Shown here one piece after another: positions 59,003 to 64,000 of a DNA stretch of 64,000 bases; within the stretch, counting starts at the first letter, position 1, and each line of letters starts with the position of its first letter. The stretch spans positions 5,135,624 to 5,199,623 of the forward strand of contig BDGG01000001.1 of assembly GCA_001949185.1 (NCBI GenBank), given 5' to 3'. A program made the translations under genes and the position numbers. The notes below the pieces were generated by a model. The model searched no databases. It was not told the origin of the DNA and saw only the letters and a list, made by a program, of their open reading frames with translations. This DNA comes from Ramazzottius varieornatus. Its lineage: Eukaryota > Animalia > Tardigrada.

Positions 59003-62000
59003 ATGCTAAGCTTTCTGTGCGAAGATTTGTATCGGTTCCTCAGATTCAGCTTCATCTTTATCTGCTACCTTTCCTGCATTCTTGAGGTTCGATCGCAGCT
59101 ATCATACCGCTTTGGTGTCGTGCTGGCCAAGAACTCTGGTGATGTTTGCGATCAGTCATTAGTCATGCCCGTAATTAACCAAGCTATTTCCGACGCACTT
59201 ACACTCAAACCAAGTGTCAACCTTCAAATGATAACGCAGCATTACGTTCCACCGGTAGACAATGGCGCAACTGTTCCCATGTGCGACAATGTCAGAGTGT
59301 TTTCTTCGACAACGTCAGCCGCGAATCTAGCGACCGGTCAGAACGTGGTGGACGATTCTGGCAATCTTTTGGTTCCTCAGCCACCCAAACTACAGGGCAT
59401 GATGATTCTTGGACCAGCTTGCTCATACGATTACCAGGCTGTAGCCATGCTAACTGGAAGTGACTCTGCACCCACCATGCTTTTGACCGGTCAAGCGGAG
59501 CAATTGTATTCGACAAATGACATCCCTCTGGCTGTTCGGGCTTCTTACAGCGTTTATGCCATGTGGCATATTTTGACCAAGGGGATGGCCACCGAATACA
59601 ACTGGGTCAATATTGCAGGGATGTACGACAACACTGATACGATCCAGAGCCGCTATTGGGAAAGTGAGTGGATAGGAACGAGTTGCAGCATCAGGCTACC
59701 CTTGTTAACAAATGCTTGTTTGCTTGAAAGAAAATAGCTTTGAAGCTGAATATCAATGGTGGTGAGGTCAACGGCTATATCAATCAAACTCAGGTTGGCA
59801 TGGCGGGTGGAAATGCCACGGCAGTTGAAGGCAGTTGCGACTTCCCGGCGGTGCCTCGAGATGGTAGCGAACGACCTTTGCCGGACGATGAGGCTTTCAA
59901 AAACTGCTTTACTTTGGTCAATCAATCATCGCGCAGTGAGTTGTCTTATTGTGATCTGTGGACCAAATTTCATTGCTTTACAATATGCGGGTTCCATACT
60001 TTTCTAGTTATTGCCTTACTGATGAACCCTGCATACATTCGTCAAGCACTGATCTATGCCCAGAAGAACGGAATGACCACCGGAGAGTACGCTTACCTGG
60101 CCGTCGACATGTTGCACGATACCATAATTGACGTCAATCCACCGATTTGGCAGAACGGTAAGTCCATGATGCACACCATCCTTAGACCTGCAAAAGACAG
60201 ATGTCACAATACGATCATGATGACTTCTGAAAATTAAGCGAATCAAACGTATTCGGTTGACTAACTGCGCCGACATTTATGCAGCGAACGACTCTGCAAA
60301 CGACGCGATTGCCAAGGAAGCCCTCAAATCTCTCTTCGTCATTGCCCTGCCTAATTACAAGAACGATTCCAACTATGTTAACTTACAAGCCCAAATCCAA
60401 AAAACCGTCCCTTCTTTCCAGTTGACCTTTTTCATCGCGGCGTTTTATGATGTTCTAATGATGTTTACCATGGCACTTGGTCGGTTGGCTAGTACAGGTA
60501 GCGCTGCAGTAGATGGCTGTCAAGCTGCCGGCGTTACTGGAGGTTCAGTTAACAGTTCCAACTGCAAAGCAATTCGGAGCGCAATGGTGGATATCAGTCG
60601 AACTGGAGTCGGCTACAAGGGAGCAAGTGGCCTGATAAAGTTAGGTCCATATGGTGATCGTTACGTTCTGACCGAACTTTTTGCAATGGATCCAAGTGGA
60701 GCATTTTACACGGTATGCGCAACTACTGTACATACGAAAACGATTACCGTTTTTGAAATGAAGTAATTATGTTCTTTTTTCCAGAACGTTGCTCGATATG
60801 ATCCCGAAAGTCACAATTACACAGAGTTAAAAACTATTCCGTGGGTGGGAGGTTCACCACCAGCAAATGAACCAGCTTGTGGATACGAAGGTGTTTGTCC
60901 AGAAGAGTTTCCGGAAGTGGCAGTAGCGGTCGGCGTTACCATCCCTGTAATCTGCGGGTTAGCGGCCCTCTTCTACTTTTACTGGAAGCAGGAATCCGCG
61001 AGACGAAAGTCGGATCACGAATGGATTGCGACGATTCGCCAGATGCAGTTCCCCAAGCACAAGAAAGACGAGTTCGGTGAAAATACCCCCGAAAATATGG
61101 TGGACGAAAGCCATCAGGCTCAAGACACCGCTGCGGAAGGTCCTCATCTCAAGTTCTATAATTTGGTCAAAGGGTTGCACGAGACGTGTTATTTTCAGCT
61201 GGACATTCTATGGGACGCTCAATGGGAGCGTCATTCGGTGGGTCCTTTGGAGGTTCAATGGGTAGCTCGATGAACATGACTCAGTCCATGCGGAAAAAGA
61301 TGGCGCTGATGGGCGAACATTTTGGCTCGTGGAACAAGAGCGCTGTCATCATCCGCTGGGTCAACCGCAGACGGGTGGTACTGACACCTAAGATTATCAT
61401 GGAAGTCCGCATCATCCGGAAACTTGCCCATGAGAACGGTACTTTCTCACCTCGCTTACTTTATCCCACCCCAAATGAGTGCTAACCGACGTTTCTGTTT
61501 TCAGTTGCAAAATTTATTGGCGGATGCTTGGATGAAAATCATGTTGGGATGATGTACGAGATGTGTACAAAAGGACCTCTTCCGGTAAGTTCCATCCGTC
61601 CGCCAATCCGCATTCGGAAGCTCTCGCCAGACGCGGTTTACATTCGTCCGTGTTTCAGCTAATGTTCGAAGGGGAAGCAAGGGCGAAGATGGACTGGACC
61701 ATCCGCATGTCTTGGATAAAGGACATTGTAAGCGGTAAGGCATTTGTCGAAGTTGGTATTTACAGTGCTGAGGAGAAAGCCCAAAATGGTTCCATTCTTG
61801 TTCCCTTTTGATCTGTAGGAATGATCTACCTGCATTCATCGCCCGTGGGAACGCATTCCCGCCTGACATCACATTGTTGCTACATCGACAGTCGCTTTAC
61901 CCTCAAAATTACCGATTACGGTATCCCAACAATCTTTACGCAGACACTGTCGGAGTTCTGGACATCAAAGCGAAGCCCGTCTCACGCCAACAGCTTACTG

Positions 62001-63954
62001 TGGACTGCGCCTGAAGTCCTTCGAGCAGCGGCTGAAGGCCTTGTCGGACCTGCCATCTACACCAAAGAATCGGATGTGTACAGTTTCGGTATTATTCTAC
62101 AGGAGATGGCGCTACGCTCAAAACCTTACAACATGTACACCGCCATGAAATCGAGCGGTATGAGTGCAGAGATAGTGTGTCGAACTGCAGAATGTGTCTC
62201 TGACAACTGGACATTCAATTGTTTCAGAGATCGTGGATGAAGTTAGAAAAGGAGCATCAACTAGTGGCGTACAGTTTCGGCCTCGGTTCAACGACGACGG
62301 AGAAAATGTTCCGGTGAAGATCATCGAGCTCGCGCAGCGTTGTTGGGCGGAAGAAGCTTCTCAGCGACCACTGTTCGACAAGATTCGAGTGGCAGTTCGG
62401 AACGTCGCGAAAGACATGTCAGTAGGCTCCTGTTTTCTACAAGACTGCTCTGTGTGAAAGTTCCCATTTGGTTCGCAGGAATATGAACGATCAAACGAAT
62501 ATTATGGATATCTTCATGGCTCAAATGGAGGAATCGGGAAGTCATCTGCAGCACGTCGTGGAAGAAAAAGATAACGAGCTGCTACAACAACAAATCAAAA
62601 GTGATGAAGCCTTTTTGTACGTCTTTCCTCGGTAAGACGAAGCTTAGACCTATCCAACTACATGTGCAATTCCATGGAAAAAAAGAGAGTTACTTTTATA
62701 GTGATGTGGCGGAAAAAGTCATGAATGAGGAGGCAGTTGCTCCCATCAAAGTCAACAACGCCACCATCATGATGACGGACATATTGGGATTTGAGACCAT
62801 GTGTGCGGAAAGCTTGCCCGCCCAAATCACCCAGTTGCTCGATGACTACTACGAACTTATGGAGAAGCTCTTCGCTCAGTTCCAGTGCTTCAAAGTGGAG
62901 CACAACAGCGACATCGTGATGGTACCAGTGCCACTAAGCCCAGGTTTTTCGTAAGGGCTAACTTTCATTCTCTCACCTCTATTCTGCAGGTGGTTTCTGG
63001 AATATTCGGCGAGTCCTCAAAACATGGTGCAAGAGAGATTGCAAGGCTGGGACTGTTCACTGTCATCGAAATACGACAGTTCGTGATACATCACCGACCA
63101 ACCGAGCAGCTGAAGCTACGAATCGCCATAACGTCAGGTAGGGCAATATCTTTATGAAAATCTACGAAAGTTTGTCTGCAAATTTCTCTGTAGGTCCCAT
63201 GGTACTGTCCGTACTCAACCTGAAGGCTCCACGCTACAGTGTTAGCGGACAAACCAACATGATTGCTCAGCGGATGCTTCAAACTGCAGAACGTAAGGCA
63301 GCTACGAAGACGAGCTGTTCTCGAAATACGGGTTTCTGGTTTGACTGTCGGTCGTTTTGTTGCAGCCTTACGGGTGTACCTTTCGGCATCAAGCAAAAAA
63401 TTGTTGGATGGCTATAAGACCTTCAGGTTCAAGCCTTCGCCCGCCAGTCCAGTTATTGTGGATGAGGAACTGGAGATCGACACCTGCTTTTTGGTCGACG
63501 AAGATGGTAAGAACAAGACAACTTGGTTTCAGAAAGTGATTGATAACCCGAATCTGTCCTCGATACAGGCAATGAAGAACTACGCGCGAAGAGGCTTCAG
63601 CTGCACGATGGACTCGAACTGCTCGATGAAGAACTGTAATCAACCGGCCAGAAACTCTACCGTGGCGACTTGTGTCGCCCAGCCGAGACTTACACATTCT
63701 CGTTGTGGGTTGTTGGTTCACGTGAATCAGTACATGCTGCCCACCATCACGAAAGTTCGACTGATCAAGTGACTTACCTTTCAGTTTTTTCCCCCTGGAA
63801 TCGCAGAGATCTCCATGATCCGGAAGTTGGTTCAATAAAAATACTGAACAATCCTTTTAATTCCGGGCTGGAAACGCTTCGGTCGATCAAGAGTGAACCG
63901 TGCATAGACGAAAATGCGGACAAAGCTGCTTCCTCACTACTTCCAGAAATTTGA
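59003..63954 (+). CDS. Receptor-type guanylate cyclase (NPR/GC-A-like architecture) with a divergent catalytic domain, multi-exon
   Basis: Signal peptide, ANF-receptor domain (ILGPACSY, YNWVNI), PP..PACG, TM helix, pseudokinase (HSRLTS..C.IDSRF.LKITDYG, LLWTAPE, DVYSFGII), coiled coil, and cyclase (TDILGF, KVE..D, LRI, PRY). Confidence 0.92.
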
Positions 63955-64000
63955 GGGTTCGGTGTACCGTTCTAGCAAAAGACGCTTCTTACTGGAACGC

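Overview
This is animal (invertebrate) nuclear DNA with mostly short GT-AG introns. The intron sizes and the divergent receptor guanylate cyclase suggest a compact ecdysozoan genome such as a tardigrade, but that is inference only. Host genes: a CATIP-like gene (+, 16.5-18.8 kb) tail-to-tail with a SPEF2-like gene (-, 19.1-28.2 kb), a receptor guanylate cyclase with a degenerate catalytic domain (+, 59-64 kb), and several small spliced orphan genes between 34 and 58 kb. The rest is dense in transposons: hAT, CMC/EnSpm, a complete two-gene Harbinger, mariner, Sola-like and pogo remnants, and several MITEs. The standout is an ~11.8-kb Gypsy LTR retrotransposon (44885-56731) with a tRNA-Phe PBS, six Gag Zn-knuckles and a GTGGTAC array in its leader. 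After integrase it carries a third ORF in which a second retropepsin module is fused, through an internal signal peptide, to a Cys-rich type I glycoprotein resembling class III viral fusogens. This copy is decayed and carries a nested pogo/Tigger element. All homology calls come from motif recognition by eye; no database searches were run.
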